From: Bdellovibrionales bacterium RIFOXYD12_FULL_39_22
GTDB lineage: Bacteria; Bdellovibrionota; Bacteriovoracia; Bacteriovoracales; Bacteriovoracaceae
Reading direction: 5' to 3'
Length of the DNA: 62,998 nt
Assembly (NCBI GenBank): GCA_001770205.1
Contig: MEQL01000023.1
Span: 1 to 62,998 of the forward strand
The position numbers and the translations under genes were made by a program. The notes beneath the pieces were generated by a model. The model was not told the DNA's origin, searched no databases, and worked only from the letters and a program-made list of their open reading frames with translations. Of the stretch, positions 1 through 9,324 are shown one piece after another (position 1 is the first letter of the stretch; every line of letters starts with the position of its first letter).

Positions 1-146
1 AGGGCCATCTTTCGATGGCCCTTTTTGTCTAAGTTCAAAGACTTAGTCCCCTTTGCAGGGGTGCGAATATGGCAGGGCCATCTTTCGATGGCCCTTTTTG
101 TCTAAGTTCAAAGACTTAGTCCCCTTTGCAGGGGTGCGAATATGGC
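1..146. repeat. Tandem duplication of a 73-bp tRNA-downstream unit (two identical copies, 1-73 and 74-146)
   Basis: AGGGCCATCTTTCGATGGCCCTTTTTGTCTAAGTTCAAAGACTTAGTCCCCTTTGCAGGGGTGCGAATATGGC occurs twice back to back; a third copy is at 21273-21345. Confidence 0.95.
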
Positions 147-155
147 GGGAGCGAA
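74..155. repeat. att-like direct repeat, left junction (includes the 3'-terminal 13 nt of tRNA-Asp)
   Basis: 82-bp identity with 21273-21354; ends in TGGCGGGAGCGAA, the reverse complement of the tRNA 3' end including CCA. Confidence 0.9.
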
Positions 156-339
156 AAAAGACGTACCCGACACTCAACCAATTGATAATCTGATGGAAAT
201 TCTAAAACAGATGGCAACTAATGTAAAGATTAGGGCACTATTTGTAAAATATCAGAGTTTTTCTGGCCAAAAGTAAATTTTGTGCAATCATATATAATTG
301 AAGCTTAAATTATTTTTGCGTTTTTTTGAGGGAGAGGCA

Positions 340-570
340 GTGCTATATCCGGAAAGTTCTTTGGAATATTGGAGTGTAAAATATAATTTACGCGTAAGAG
401 AAAAAACATGTGCCTCTTGCAAAGAAATCTTTAGGACAACTATTCCAATTTTGATTAGAGGTTATGCTGGCCTTGAAACGCCAACTCATGAATGTGGAAG
501 ACAATACAACTCAGCAGTTTTCACCCCGATCACAGAAGAAGCGAAAAATTCTTGGAGCCAAGTATTCTAA
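340..570 (+). CDS. Small hypothetical protein, possible zinc ribbon
   Basis: GTG at 340 after GAGGGAGAGG; CASC and HECG motifs. Confidence 0.55.
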   Translation: MLYPESSLEYWSVKYNLRVREKTCASCKEIFRTTIPILIRGYAGLETPTHECGRQYNSAVFTPITEEAKNSWSQVF

Positions 571-573
571 GTA

Positions 574-1173
574 CTATTTGCCTTTGTAGTATTTCAAATT
601 GTACAGTGCTCTTCTGAGTGAAGCTCTAAAACTTTTTGGTAAAACCAACTCAGACACAGCTTTGGTGACAGTACTTTCAAAAGTACGAAAGAAACCTCTC
701 TTTGTCGCAGATTCTGGATAAAAACCTTTTTTATCTGCACCGTTACCGCCAGAATTATTTTTGGTAAGTTCTACACTTTTTTTAGCCATAGTTCTCATTG
801 AGTAGAGTACCAGTCGCATTGACTCCTCATACGTAGTGGTTCGATCTGTTGAGTCTATTGAGATATCAACTTTTCCTTTGTCATCAATCTCAATCGAGAA
901 TTTTATATCTAATAACTCATTTTTGCGGACGTTATCATCATCAGGGCCACCCAAATGTCCCCATAAAGTGCCTGAAGGTAAGTCAACTTTAATAATTACG
1001 ATGAAAGGCATTTTCTCTTTACGACCTTCTCTAAGATGGTAATGATCCCTATTTGCGATTCGAAGATTTTTTAATAACTGACCATGGTCCTTGTCTGTGT
1101 ACGAGTGTTGGTCAAATTTTAATACTGCTAAGTTTGTTCTCATTTTCAACTCCATTTGTTTTGCGCCCATCAT
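574..1173 (-). CDS. Hypothetical protein
   Basis: 199-aa ORF; no recognised motif. Confidence 0.6.
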   Translation of the reverse strand: MMGAKQMELKMRTNLAVLKFDQHSYTDKDHGQLLKNLRIANRDHYHLREGRKEKMPFIVIIKVDLPSGTLWGHLGGPDDDNVRKNELLDIKFSIEIDDKGKVDISIDSTDRTTTYEESMRLVLYSMRTMAKKSVELTKNNSGGNGADKKGFYPESATKRGFFRTFESTVTKAVSELVLPKSFRASLRRALYNLKYYKGK

Positions 1174-1393
1174 TGGACTAAGTTTATAGGTTATTCTATG
1201 ACGTATTGCGCGAAATGGCCCGATTATGGGACTATAATTATTCTAACATTAACTTGCGGCCCCGCGTCAAGTAGTTGATAATAAACAGGTAGTAGTGTGA
1301 AAAAATATATTTTATTAATTCTATTGATTGAAAATCTAGGCTTCTACAAATTATAGCAACTAATTTTTAACACTACGGAAAATTGATAGAAAT

Positions 1394-1933
1394 TCAGTTC
1401 ATATAGTAATTTTCAATTTTTCGTATGTGGGTACAACCAGGAATGATGGTAATAATGATCGCAATAGCCAAACCAAAGAATACGTTTATGGCCAGAAAAA
1501 TTTGACCGGCGTGTTTACTAAAGTTCCATACATCATAGACTAGAAAAGAAAAAAGAATAAGAGCTACTGGTCTAGTTAAAAGTATAAAATACAAAAACAA
1601 AGAATAGAAAAATTTTTGGCTGAAAGTTTGTATCTTTTCTCGCAAGATATCTCTATATCGCCTAGTGAATATACTAATAGCGAAAACAAGATCCGCTATT
1701 CCAACTATCACCCCAATTAGTTGAATGATTACTATGCCAACTGAAGGGAAGATAAAACCTATTAACTGTGAAATAAGAGAACCGATGATAACTTCAAAAA
1801 CAGTTACCATTATGACTAGCTTCAGAGTTTGTACGCTTCCAATTACACCATTGAATGATATGGGCCTTGTGTTCTCTTCAAGTAAAGTGGTTGGTGCGGT
1901 ATTGGTTACTTCTTTCAAAAATTTTTTATACAT
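1394..1933 (-). CDS. Multi-pass membrane protein, DUF805-like
   Basis: About 4 hydrophobic helices; RRYRD after a TM segment resembles the DUF805 RRLHD motif; C-terminal IPG. Confidence 0.6.
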   Translation of the reverse strand: MYKKFLKEVTNTAPTTLLEENTRPISFNGVIGSVQTLKLVIMVTVFEVIIGSLISQLIGFIFPSVGIVIIQLIGVIVGIADLVFAISIFTRRYRDILREKIQTFSQKFFYSLFLYFILLTRPVALILFSFLVYDVWNFSKHAGQIFLAINVFFGLAIAIIITIIPGCTHIRKIENYYMN

Positions 1934-1990
1934 TACCTGTTCCTTTTTTTATTTATATTTTAACAGGTGATGATATTTTAGTTAAGAGCG

Positions 1991-2028
1991 AAACCTTTCA
2001 AGATACATTTGTACCTCTATAGATACAA
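1991..2028. repeat. Left inverted repeat of the recombinase cassette
   Basis: AAACCTTTCAAGATACA-TTT-GTACC-TCTAT-AGATACAA; matches the reverse complement of 3297-3335 (17-bp perfect core plus GTACC and AGATACAA blocks). Confidence 0.85.
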
Positions 2029-2031
2029 AAT

Positions 2032-2226
2032 TTAAATATTCTCAACGCAATGGTCATCAAGAAGACGCTGTTCAAGGTAATCGATCTCCGTAAGTGTTTC
2101 ATAATATTTTGATAGTATTTCAGGCGTGGCAATATTTTCAAGAATCAACTTTTCAAATTGAGCTTTTTTGAATCGTTGAATATGCAGATTCCCAGTTAAA
2201 TATTGCCGAGAAAATTTTGAATCCAT
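2032..2226 (-). CDS. Small hypothetical protein inside the IR-bounded cassette
   Basis: 64-aa ORF with GGAGG RBS; the stop abuts the left IR. Confidence 0.55.
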   Translation of the reverse strand: MDSKFSRQYLTGNLHIQRFKKAQFEKLILENIATPEILSKYYETLTEIDYLEQRLLDDHCVENI

Positions 2227-2359
2227 CTATTTATTATCCTCCAGATGCGAGGTAAAAGCTCATAGTTTTTTCAAAAGCATTCTATTGAAAGTTATGGAGA
2301 ACTGAAAAATAGCGAAAAATCTTTGGGCCTTTTTTGCCAAACCTATTGATAATTTCAAA

Positions 2360-2569
2360 ATGAGATTAGATGTAAAAAGTGAAATTGAAGATTACGGGAT
2401 GGTTGAAATGGTTTTTGAAAAATCAGTGAAGAATGGCCGCAACTACTACGAGTTGATTAGTTTTGGCATAGAGAATGATATTCAAGTTTCTCCCGAGGAA
2501 GTTGATCTAGAGGTCTTGTATGCCGTGATGTTGGCCGTACCATATGAGGTTTTAGATGAACGGTTATAA
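2360..2569 (+). CDS. Small acidic hypothetical protein
   Basis: 69-aa ORF overlapping the start of the recombinase gene. Confidence 0.55.
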   Translation: MRLDVKSEIEDYGMVEMVFEKSVKNGRNYYELISFGIENDIQVSPEEVDLEVLYAVMLAVPYEVLDERL

Positions 2570-3278
2570 ATTTGAAACAGCAAGCAACATCGTTGAACTA
2601 AACACTGGCCTACAAGGCGTAATCAAGAAAATAGAAAAAGAAGTATTGAAAAATAACATCAGTTACAATCAGCTCAAATATGTTTTTCGTATTGTTAGAA
2701 AAAAATGCAAACTTGAGCAAGATAAGCAGCGTAAAAAGCTATATGAATTGCCAACTCAAGATGAAATTTGCCGGTTCTATGAGGGTATGAAAAATCCTGT
2801 CTACAAATTACTATTTGAGACTTTGCAGGGTACCGGGATCAGGGTTGGTGAGTTAGTGGCAATCGAAGTTTCAAATATTAATTTGAAAGAAAATACAATT
2901 TTTATAAAAAATGGAAAAGGTGGCAAGGATCGAGTAGTTGTCTTTGGCAATACTCTAAAGGACAAACTAGCACTATATTTAGATGGCCACAAAAAAAATA
3001 GATTTCTCTTTCAAAGTAGTAGAAACAAAAACTACTCGACGAGAGGGATGCAGCTTCTGTGTCAAAGATATAAAAAGATTGCTCATATAGAATGCCACTT
3101 CACTTGTCACACTTTCCGCCATCTGTTTTTCACGAATCTGGCACATAAGGGCATAAGCAAAGAAAATCGGATGATCATCGCCGGCCACTCATCTGAAAAA
3201 GTTCAAGACATCTATACGCATTTGAGTATCAATGGGATTAAAGATGAAATCATCGCGGTATTAGATCGTATCTCTTGA
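2556..3278 (+). CDS. Short tyrosine recombinase (XerC/D- or Fim-like catalytic domain)
   Basis: Catalytic motifs TGIRVGEL (R), GKGGKDR (K), HTFRH (HxxR), AGHSS (H), IYTH (Y); 240 aa with a very short N-terminal region. Confidence 0.93.
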   Translation: MNGYKFETASNIVELNTGLQGVIKKIEKEVLKNNISYNQLKYVFRIVRKKCKLEQDKQRKKLYELPTQDEICRFYEGMKNPVYKLLFETLQGTGIRVGELVAIEVSNINLKENTIFIKNGKGGKDRVVVFGNTLKDKLALYLDGHKKNRFLFQSSRNKNYSTRGMQLLCQRYKKIAHIECHFTCHTFRHLFFTNLAHKGISKENRMIIAGHSSEKVQDIYTHLSINGIKDEIIAVLDRIS

Positions 3279-3296
3279 GATACGGAAAGTGTTGTA

Positions 3297-3335
3297 TTGT
3301 ATCTTCGGCGGTACTGATTGTATCTTGAAAGGTTT
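3297..3335. repeat. Right inverted repeat of the recombinase cassette
   Basis: TTGTATCT-TCGGC-GGTAC-TGAT-TGTATCTTGAAAGGTTT; an extra palindrome CGTATCTC-TT-GAGATACG at 3267-3284 shares the GTATCT motif. Confidence 0.85.
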
Positions 3336-3364
3336 TTGCCTTATAGAGTTAGGAGGAAGTGCCG

Positions 3365-3667
3365 ATGTTAATTTGTATGAAATTAACTCTTGATAAAAAC
3401 CTAGAAAATCTATTGAAGAAAAACAATCTCAATATTCCAAAACTATCAACGGTGACCGCAATTTCAAGACAGACTTTAGCAAACTGGATCGCCGGCCAAA
3501 AACCAAGAAATATCGAGCAAGTAAAAATCGTGGCTGATTTTTTTTGTGTCTCGATGGAGTATTTGTGCTTTGGTGAAGAAAATTCCCCTGTAAATCCCAT
3601 CCAGAAATACGACAATGAAATCAATGCCGGGGTTTACGAAGTTGTATTGAGAAAAGTCCGAAAGTAA
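3365..3667 (+). CDS. XRE-family helix-turn-helix transcriptional regulator
   Basis: LSTVTAISRQTLANWIAGQKP...VADFFCVSMEYLCFG is a classic HTH_3 pattern; AGGAGG RBS at 3351. Confidence 0.9.
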   Translation: MLICMKLTLDKNLENLLKKNNLNIPKLSTVTAISRQTLANWIAGQKPRNIEQVKIVADFFCVSMEYLCFGEENSPVNPIQKYDNEINAGVYEVVLRKVRK

Positions 3668-3675
3668 TTTTTAAA

Positions 3676-3730
3676 ATTGGAGAGAATATGCACAAAATGA
3701 TTAAGTGGCCGAGTTTTATATTTATTTGGA
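3676..3730 (+). repeat. 55-bp direct repeat copy 1 (RBS plus first 14 codons)
   Basis: 53/55 identical to 4790-4844. Confidence 0.9.
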
Positions 3731-4764
3731 GCAGTATTGTTTTTAGTATGCTGATATTGCTTATGCCCACTACAGTTCAGGCTTTTTCAGTAAGACCCGA
3801 TAAATATAAAATCACTTATGAGTATGAGGTTACTACGATTGGTACGAATGACTATACTTCGCTAGATGGAGAGGGATATGAAGGTGTAGGGCGTCAGAAA
3901 ATTCTTGAATATGATATTGACCCTGTCAGGGTGAGCGAGTTGGGAATCGATCTTTTTTGGAAACAAATGAAACTAAAAATATTCTATAAAGATAATAAGT
4001 TTTTATTTCCTGGTGGTAACAATGCAACAACAACTGCGGTTAAGTCGTTCGGGCTTGATGAGAAATACAGTTATGCACTTGGAACATTATTTACAATCAA
4101 CAACATAGAAGTAGAGGTAGAGCATCACGCCTTCTCAACGGGGACGGTTACCACAAAAGATGTAAGTGCTGACGTAGCCGGAAGAGAGGGGACTGTTATC
4201 TCAAAAGACCACTATAAAATAGATTATACTTCTCTAATCTTCAAATATTTCATTGATGATAAAGTATATACGCGTTTCAAAATGCCGATGTCCGTTGATT
4301 TAATAAGTTTTACCGTTCCAAGAATTCCTTATACGTTTAAAGTACTCGATGAGTCTCTTCAGTATGTTTATCAGAGTGAGGGCAAGCCACAGCTAATAAC
4401 AATTAATACAATATTTATAAACCCATTGGCTGCAGAATTCAGAACCAATTGGAATGATCAAGGGAATAGGCTGATCCTTGGGTTTAATATGGGTATTGGT
4501 GCCTCCTCATATTCCTTTCTAGATGCAACCAATAAAAAGGAAAATAAAATTGATCCTGCAGTATCATTAAAAATGTACGGTAGCTATCGCCACGAGTTTG
4601 CAACATCGTGGGGTACATTTCAAGGAAATGCAGGGGTGTTACTAAAATATCAAAGTTTTAGTATAAAAATGGATCAAGGGAGTAGGGTCGGAGATAAAAC
4701 CACAACGATTGATGCTCTCGATATAATTTTTACTGGAAATATAGGCATAAGTTATCTTTTTTAA
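3688..4764 (+). CDS. Secreted protein, probable outer-membrane beta-barrel
   Basis: Signal peptide (..TTVQA/FS), amphipathic strands, C-terminus GNIGISYLF. Confidence 0.7.
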   Translation: MHKMIKWPSFIFIWSSIVFSMLILLMPTTVQAFSVRPDKYKITYEYEVTTIGTNDYTSLDGEGYEGVGRQKILEYDIDPVRVSELGIDLFWKQMKLKIFYKDNKFLFPGGNNATTTAVKSFGLDEKYSYALGTLFTINNIEVEVEHHAFSTGTVTTKDVSADVAGREGTVISKDHYKIDYTSLIFKYFIDDKVYTRFKMPMSVDLISFTVPRIPYTFKVLDESLQYVYQSEGKPQLITINTIFINPLAAEFRTNWNDQGNRLILGFNMGIGASSYSFLDATNKKENKIDPAVSLKMYGSYRHEFATSWGTFQGNAGVLLKYQSFSIKMDQGSRVGDKTTTIDALDIIFTGNIGISYLF

Positions 4765-4789
4765 AATTTACTCACTGAGTAATTCTAGC

Positions 4790-4844
4790 ATTGGAGAGAA
4801 TATGCACAAAGTGATTAAGTGGCCGCGTTTTATATTTATTTGGA
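4790..4844 (+). repeat. 55-bp direct repeat copy 2 (RBS plus first 14 codons)
   Basis: 53/55 identical to 3676-3730. Confidence 0.9.
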
Positions 4845-6298
4845 TTGTTATTTTTTTTAATGTGGGAAGTTATGCAAAAGACACTAAAGAGTTGCTTGAG
4901 ATAAAATCATTTTTAAAGCGGTATGACATCGGGATTAATCAAAAGCTTAATGTTAGCAAGCTAGATTCTATGTGTCAGACTATAGACGATTACAAGTCAG
5001 CCCCATTCCATACTGGATGGGAGTGTCAGCCTAATAATTCTACTGTTGATAGGTTTGTTATTCATCGTTATCTCGGAAGCGCATATCCTCATTGGTTCGT
5101 GATTGGATTTTCTGCCTGTAGAGAAAAAAAACAAAAAGAAGAACGTGTGAAATGTTCGTGCGAAAAAATAAAACAAATTGTCGGTGATAAAAAAAATGCT
5201 AAGTTGGGTTGTCCTGAGATTATTGAGGGGAGTTTTGTTGAAAATAATGAAGAGTGGTCAGTAAGTGGTATTACCAATACTCCAGATACAACAACTACAA
5301 TGGTTAGTATAAGTAATAATGGTCCAGGTATCGAAGAGCTAATTAAAATTGAAAGACGGTTGATTGAGTTGGCGGCAATGGGTGGGCTTAATAGTAGAAA
5401 TGATTTTGATCACTTCTATAACACAATAGATAAAACACATCCTGCTTTTTCCAGGGCAATAAAAGAAAAAACTAACGGAAATTTATATCTAGAAGACATA
5501 AAGACAATTTGGAATGATAAGGAAAAAATGTGGTCAATTATTTCGAAAATAAATAAACCGGATATCTCTGTGGCAGAGGTCCGTGCTGTAAAGATGGAAA
5601 ATGACGTAGTCGATTATTACGACCAATGCTTTATGGGTGGAGTATTTGGCCTAAAAAGCATAAACAGAAAAGAACTAAATAATAATGACTTGCTCTCAAT
5701 AATTGAAAGCTGTAAAAAAATCATACATCCAAAGTTGGACGAACTAAAAAATAAAAAAATTGAAGATGCTAATTTGATTGCCTGTACTTTTGGAATGCAC
5801 CAGTTTTCTGCGGAAGTTTACTACACAACAAGAGATGTAAGTGTTGATGCGGCTGATGCTTTGAAAGCGAATATTACCAAAATATTGGGAAGACCATCTT
5901 GGTTTTGGGAAGATTTTGTTAACGAGAGCTGCAAAAAATTAGAAGAAAGTCCATCTAAGGACAAAGATTTTTCACGATATTTAAAATTATGTCAAAAGAT
6001 TTCATATGTAGCCTTGACGGATCTTGGATTTGCAATTACTGAGCAAGTTGAAAAAGAGGTTGCCGAATTCTGTTTAAGTTTCCCTGAAAAACCAACTGAG
6101 CAAATAGCAAATATCATTAGTGATTATAGGAATTTTGATCACGGTTCTTGCCTTGTGGGAACTAGGTTTGTCAAAGACGTTTATAATAAATACAAAGACA
6201 ATTCAAATTTTAAAGAAGCATCGGATAAAACAATTGCAGCGCTTACAAAAAAAGATAAGTGGACCTGGGAAGAGTACGAAAACGTTTATTGCAAATAA
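4802..6298 (+). CDS. Secreted cysteine-rich hypothetical protein
   Basis: Signal peptide (..GSYA/KD), many Cys, 498 aa. Confidence 0.75.
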   Translation: MHKVIKWPRFIFIWIVIFFNVGSYAKDTKELLEIKSFLKRYDIGINQKLNVSKLDSMCQTIDDYKSAPFHTGWECQPNNSTVDRFVIHRYLGSAYPHWFVIGFSACREKKQKEERVKCSCEKIKQIVGDKKNAKLGCPEIIEGSFVENNEEWSVSGITNTPDTTTTMVSISNNGPGIEELIKIERRLIELAAMGGLNSRNDFDHFYNTIDKTHPAFSRAIKEKTNGNLYLEDIKTIWNDKEKMWSIISKINKPDISVAEVRAVKMENDVVDYYDQCFMGGVFGLKSINRKELNNNDLLSIIESCKKIIHPKLDELKNKKIEDANLIACTFGMHQFSAEVYYTTRDVSVDAADALKANITKILGRPSWFWEDFVNESCKKLEESPSKDKDFSRYLKLCQKISYVALTDLGFAITEQVEKEVAEFCLSFPEKPTEQIANIISDYRNFDHGSCLVGTRFVKDVYNKYKDNSNFKEASDKTIAALTKKDKWTWEEYENVYCK

Positions 6299-6749
6299 GA
6301 GAGAGACCGCTGAAATTTTTTACGTTAGCTTTAGCGGCAATCTTGTTTTTTTGTGCTTCAAATCGTCATTCTGTACATCTGGCCGCCAACAATCTTTAAT
6401 TGTAGTCGGCAATATAAAAAATTGTCATACTGAAGCTGTGATTTCTAGTAGGATCAATACCAAGGAAAATCCGGTAACAACCCTTGGCATATCTTGCTGG
6501 AATTCACAGCCACTAATAATAACACTAACAAACAATTTGATTTTTTATGCTGTAATTGTAATTGGCCTATCGGGGCAACACATACATTTTCCAAAATAAA
6601 TATATGCACGATTTTCGTGTAGGCGATCTTCTATAACTTCGCTTTTGATTTTGGGGTAGCGAAAAAGTAAGTGTTTTTCAGCACAAAATAGAAAAAAGGT
6701 TATCATTTTGGGAGAGATCGTTCGCTATCTGGGATATTTTGCGAACTCA

Positions 6750-7076
6750 CTAATCGCTGGTTAATGTTACAGTCCAACCTCTTCTTTTTATTTCATCGAC
6801 AAGAGATTTCAGGCTTGCCGATTGTAAGACATCATCTTTTTCTTCAGTGCTAACTTCAGGTAGATCTTTGTTTGTTTCAAGATAAAGTTTTTTTAGAGCT
6901 TCCCAGTTTTTTTTATTCATTTTTCCAGACTTATGAGTAACGTACCAAAAACCACCTTTGCTAAGCCCAATTTTCTTTCCAACAACACCTTTCGTCAAAG
7001 GAATCTTGCGAAGCATTTCTAGTATAAGTTCAGTGCCAAGATCAATCATTTTTTGCTCGGATTTTTTTTGCTTCAT
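6750..7076 (-). CDS. Probable HTH DNA-binding regulator
   Basis: LTKGVVGKKIGLSKGGFWYV resembles an HTH; AGGAG RBS; divergent from the replication operon. Confidence 0.6.
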   Translation of the reverse strand: MKQKKSEQKMIDLGTELILEMLRKIPLTKGVVGKKIGLSKGGFWYVTHKSGKMNKKNWEALKKLYLETNKDLPEVSTEEKDDVLQSASLKSLVDEIKRRGWTVTLTSD

Positions 7077-7249
7077 TTTTTACCACTCCTTTTTACTATT
7101 AAGATAAATGTTAATGCCCGGTACGGTATTTGGACAAGTAAAAAATACAATTGGTTGTCAAAAAATTGACTTTGGTTCGATAAGATAGTACAAGGTCTAA
7201 TAAATATCGAACCCAATGAGGTGTGGTTCGACCCAGAAGGAGGGAAATA

Positions 7250-7528
7250 ATGAACACAAGAAAAGCATTAGTTTTGCACCCGAGATATCAACAAATGCCG
7301 TACAGAAGAAAACGTAAGTTGATAATAAAGGCATCTAGAGGCTTAGAACGCAATAACGAGATGGTTTTTGATGAAAAAAAAGAGTTGATAAAAAAAGTTA
7401 TCCTTCACTTGGGATTTCCTTCTTGTTCGGGGCTTGCCCTTTTTTTGTCATACGTACCACCAGATCCGTCATTAAGATTGGTGATAAAAGCTCGACGTAG
7501 AAAAATCAAACCAGTTTATATGCACTAG
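7250..7528 (+). CDS. Basic hypothetical protein, first gene of the replication operon
   Basis: ATG 7250 after AGGAGGG; Arg/Lys-rich. Confidence 0.5.
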   Translation: MNTRKALVLHPRYQQMPYRRKRKLIIKASRGLERNNEMVFDEKKELIKKVILHLGFPSCSGLALFLSYVPPDPSLRLVIKARRRKIKPVYMH

Positions 7529-7538
7529 GGGTATTCAT

Positions 7539-9215
7539 ATGAAGTTAGGAAAAGCCGGACTTGATTCAGGTCAAGAAAGCACTATTGACCCAGATGATGA
7601 TTTTTCAATTATTGACACTGTTGATGAAGAAAGGCAAGGACCAGAGTGTGAGCAAGAAAAAAATCAGGTAGAGTCGTTAAGTGCTACTACGGAATATAAT
7701 CAATCAAACGAATTTAAAGAGAGTCAGCATTTAGACACAGTTTCTCAGACGAAAACACCAAATACTGAAACAGCTCTGGCAGTACTCGAAAAAAAGCAAA
7801 TATCATATCAAGATAAATGTAGATTGGTAGAATTGGCATCGAAAGCGTTGGCCAGTAGATATGATCTTAAATACCGCCAAAAAGTAGGGATCATAAAAAA
7901 ATGCATTAAAAGACTAGACTTCATTTCGACTAAGGGACTGGAAATTTTCTCATCATTTGTAAAAGTATCGACTTCTGATTCTTATGAGATGGAGAAAGAG
8001 GGGGTGAATAAAGAGTTGAGGAGCTTTATTGGGAGAGTTTCATTATATCGAGATGTTGAGGGAAAAGATCATAACCATTTAATTTATATTGATAACGAAA
8101 ATAAGTGTCAGGGGAGATTAGAGCTATCTACAATATTGCAGGTACTAACGTCAAATGAAGAACGGCAAAATTTAAAGCAAAATAGGATTTGTACCTGCCA
8201 TTTTGAATTCTCACCACACAAAAAAAACTTTTTTGGTTTGTCGGCAAGCTATCTTCCGGTCTTTAATACATATCAGCCTCCAGAGTGGAGAAAAGATGAA
8301 TACTATTGTGGCACTAGGTTGCCGGTAGAAGAAAAGTGTCCTGAAATCTATGTTGTTTTTTTTGAGCATTTGCTAAACGGAAACAAAGAATCAATTGATT
8401 TTCTAATTTTGTGGATGGCATTTAGTTTGATTGGCCGGAATCCAACTATGCTTGTAGCAGTTGGCGCAAAAGGTGTCGGCAAGACGTTGTTGTTTGAAAT
8501 GATTTTGCGATTACTTCACGGCGTTGGCAATTCTGTAGCTGCCAGAGATCAGTTTTTTAAATCTCAATTCAACAGTCAGATCAGCGGATGTACTTTGATT
8601 TATTTCGATGAAATATTTATCCCTCAAAATGCAAAAAATGAAATCAATCGATTAAAACTTATTGCCAATGAATTCATTGAAGTTGAAGCAAAAGGTGTGT
8701 CAGCGACAAATATTAGAAATTATGCAAACGTTTACATTACCTCCAATCACTACAATGGTATACCTCTGGAAAAAGATGATCGACGGTTATCTATTCTTGA
8801 GATTACTAATACCAAGATTATAGACAATCCAGAACTAAAAACTAGAATCAATGAGTTGAGTGATCCAGATAATATTTCAAAGTTGGGCAGATACTTGCTT
8901 GGCCTTAATGTAACCAGGGAGCAGGTGGAAAAAAACCTGGTTTCGGTGACAAATAGTTTAATTGAAGAGGCAAATCTCGCTGAATGGGAATCCTGGGTTA
9001 TTAACGAATGGGTTGTGCAAAATCGCCATTTGTCTAATATCACGATCAAAAATTTTCAAGATGATTGCAGAATGCGTTTTCCTGACTTGACTCCTCCTGG
9101 GCATACAAAGCTTGAAAACCTATCAAAAAAATATCCAGGTAATTTTATTTTGAAAAAAAGGCCATCGAGTTGTGGGGGCGATCGTTACTTCGAATTCCCT
9201 CCACCGGAGTCGTAA
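7539..9215 (+). CDS. Superfamily-3 replicative helicase (DUF5906/D5-like primase-helicase ATPase)
   Basis: Walker A GAKGVGKT, Walker B IYFDE, motif C ITSN, DRR arginine finger, FNTY..P upstream motif. Confidence 0.85.
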   Translation: MKLGKAGLDSGQESTIDPDDDFSIIDTVDEERQGPECEQEKNQVESLSATTEYNQSNEFKESQHLDTVSQTKTPNTETALAVLEKKQISYQDKCRLVELASKALASRYDLKYRQKVGIIKKCIKRLDFISTKGLEIFSSFVKVSTSDSYEMEKEGVNKELRSFIGRVSLYRDVEGKDHNHLIYIDNENKCQGRLELSTILQVLTSNEERQNLKQNRICTCHFEFSPHKKNFFGLSASYLPVFNTYQPPEWRKDEYYCGTRLPVEEKCPEIYVVFFEHLLNGNKESIDFLILWMAFSLIGRNPTMLVAVGAKGVGKTLLFEMILRLLHGVGNSVAARDQFFKSQFNSQISGCTLIYFDEIFIPQNAKNEINRLKLIANEFIEVEAKGVSATNIRNYANVYITSNHYNGIPLEKDDRRLSILEITNTKIIDNPELKTRINELSDPDNISKLGRYLLGLNVTREQVEKNLVSVTNSLIEEANLAEWESWVINEWVVQNRHLSNITIKNFQDDCRMRFPDLTPPGHTKLENLSKKYPGNFILKKRPSSCGGDRYFEFPPPES

Positions 9216-9243
9216 ATGATTCTTTTGGCGAATTGCTACTTGT

Positions 9244-9276
9244 TTTCCCCAGTTCCCCGCTTCCCCGCTTCCCCGC
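9244..9276. repeat. Iteron-like array TTCCCC(AG/GC) x4, candidate replication origin arm
   Basis: TTCCCCAG TTCCCCGC TTCCCCGC TTCCCCGC; inverted copies at 9902-9926. Confidence 0.7.
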
Positions 9277-9324
9277 TACTTCGGCGGGAAGTTTGGTTAC
9301 TGTAATTTTACAGGAGTTATTTTT

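Noticed and set aside
1..155. CRISPR array
   Set aside because: The units are directly abutting 73-bp copies with no spacers, match the tRNA-downstream sequence, and no cas genes are present.
6120..6599. 159-aa ORF
   Set aside because: Overlaps the 4802-6298 gene by ~180 bp in another frame, has no RBS or motif, and is probably spurious.
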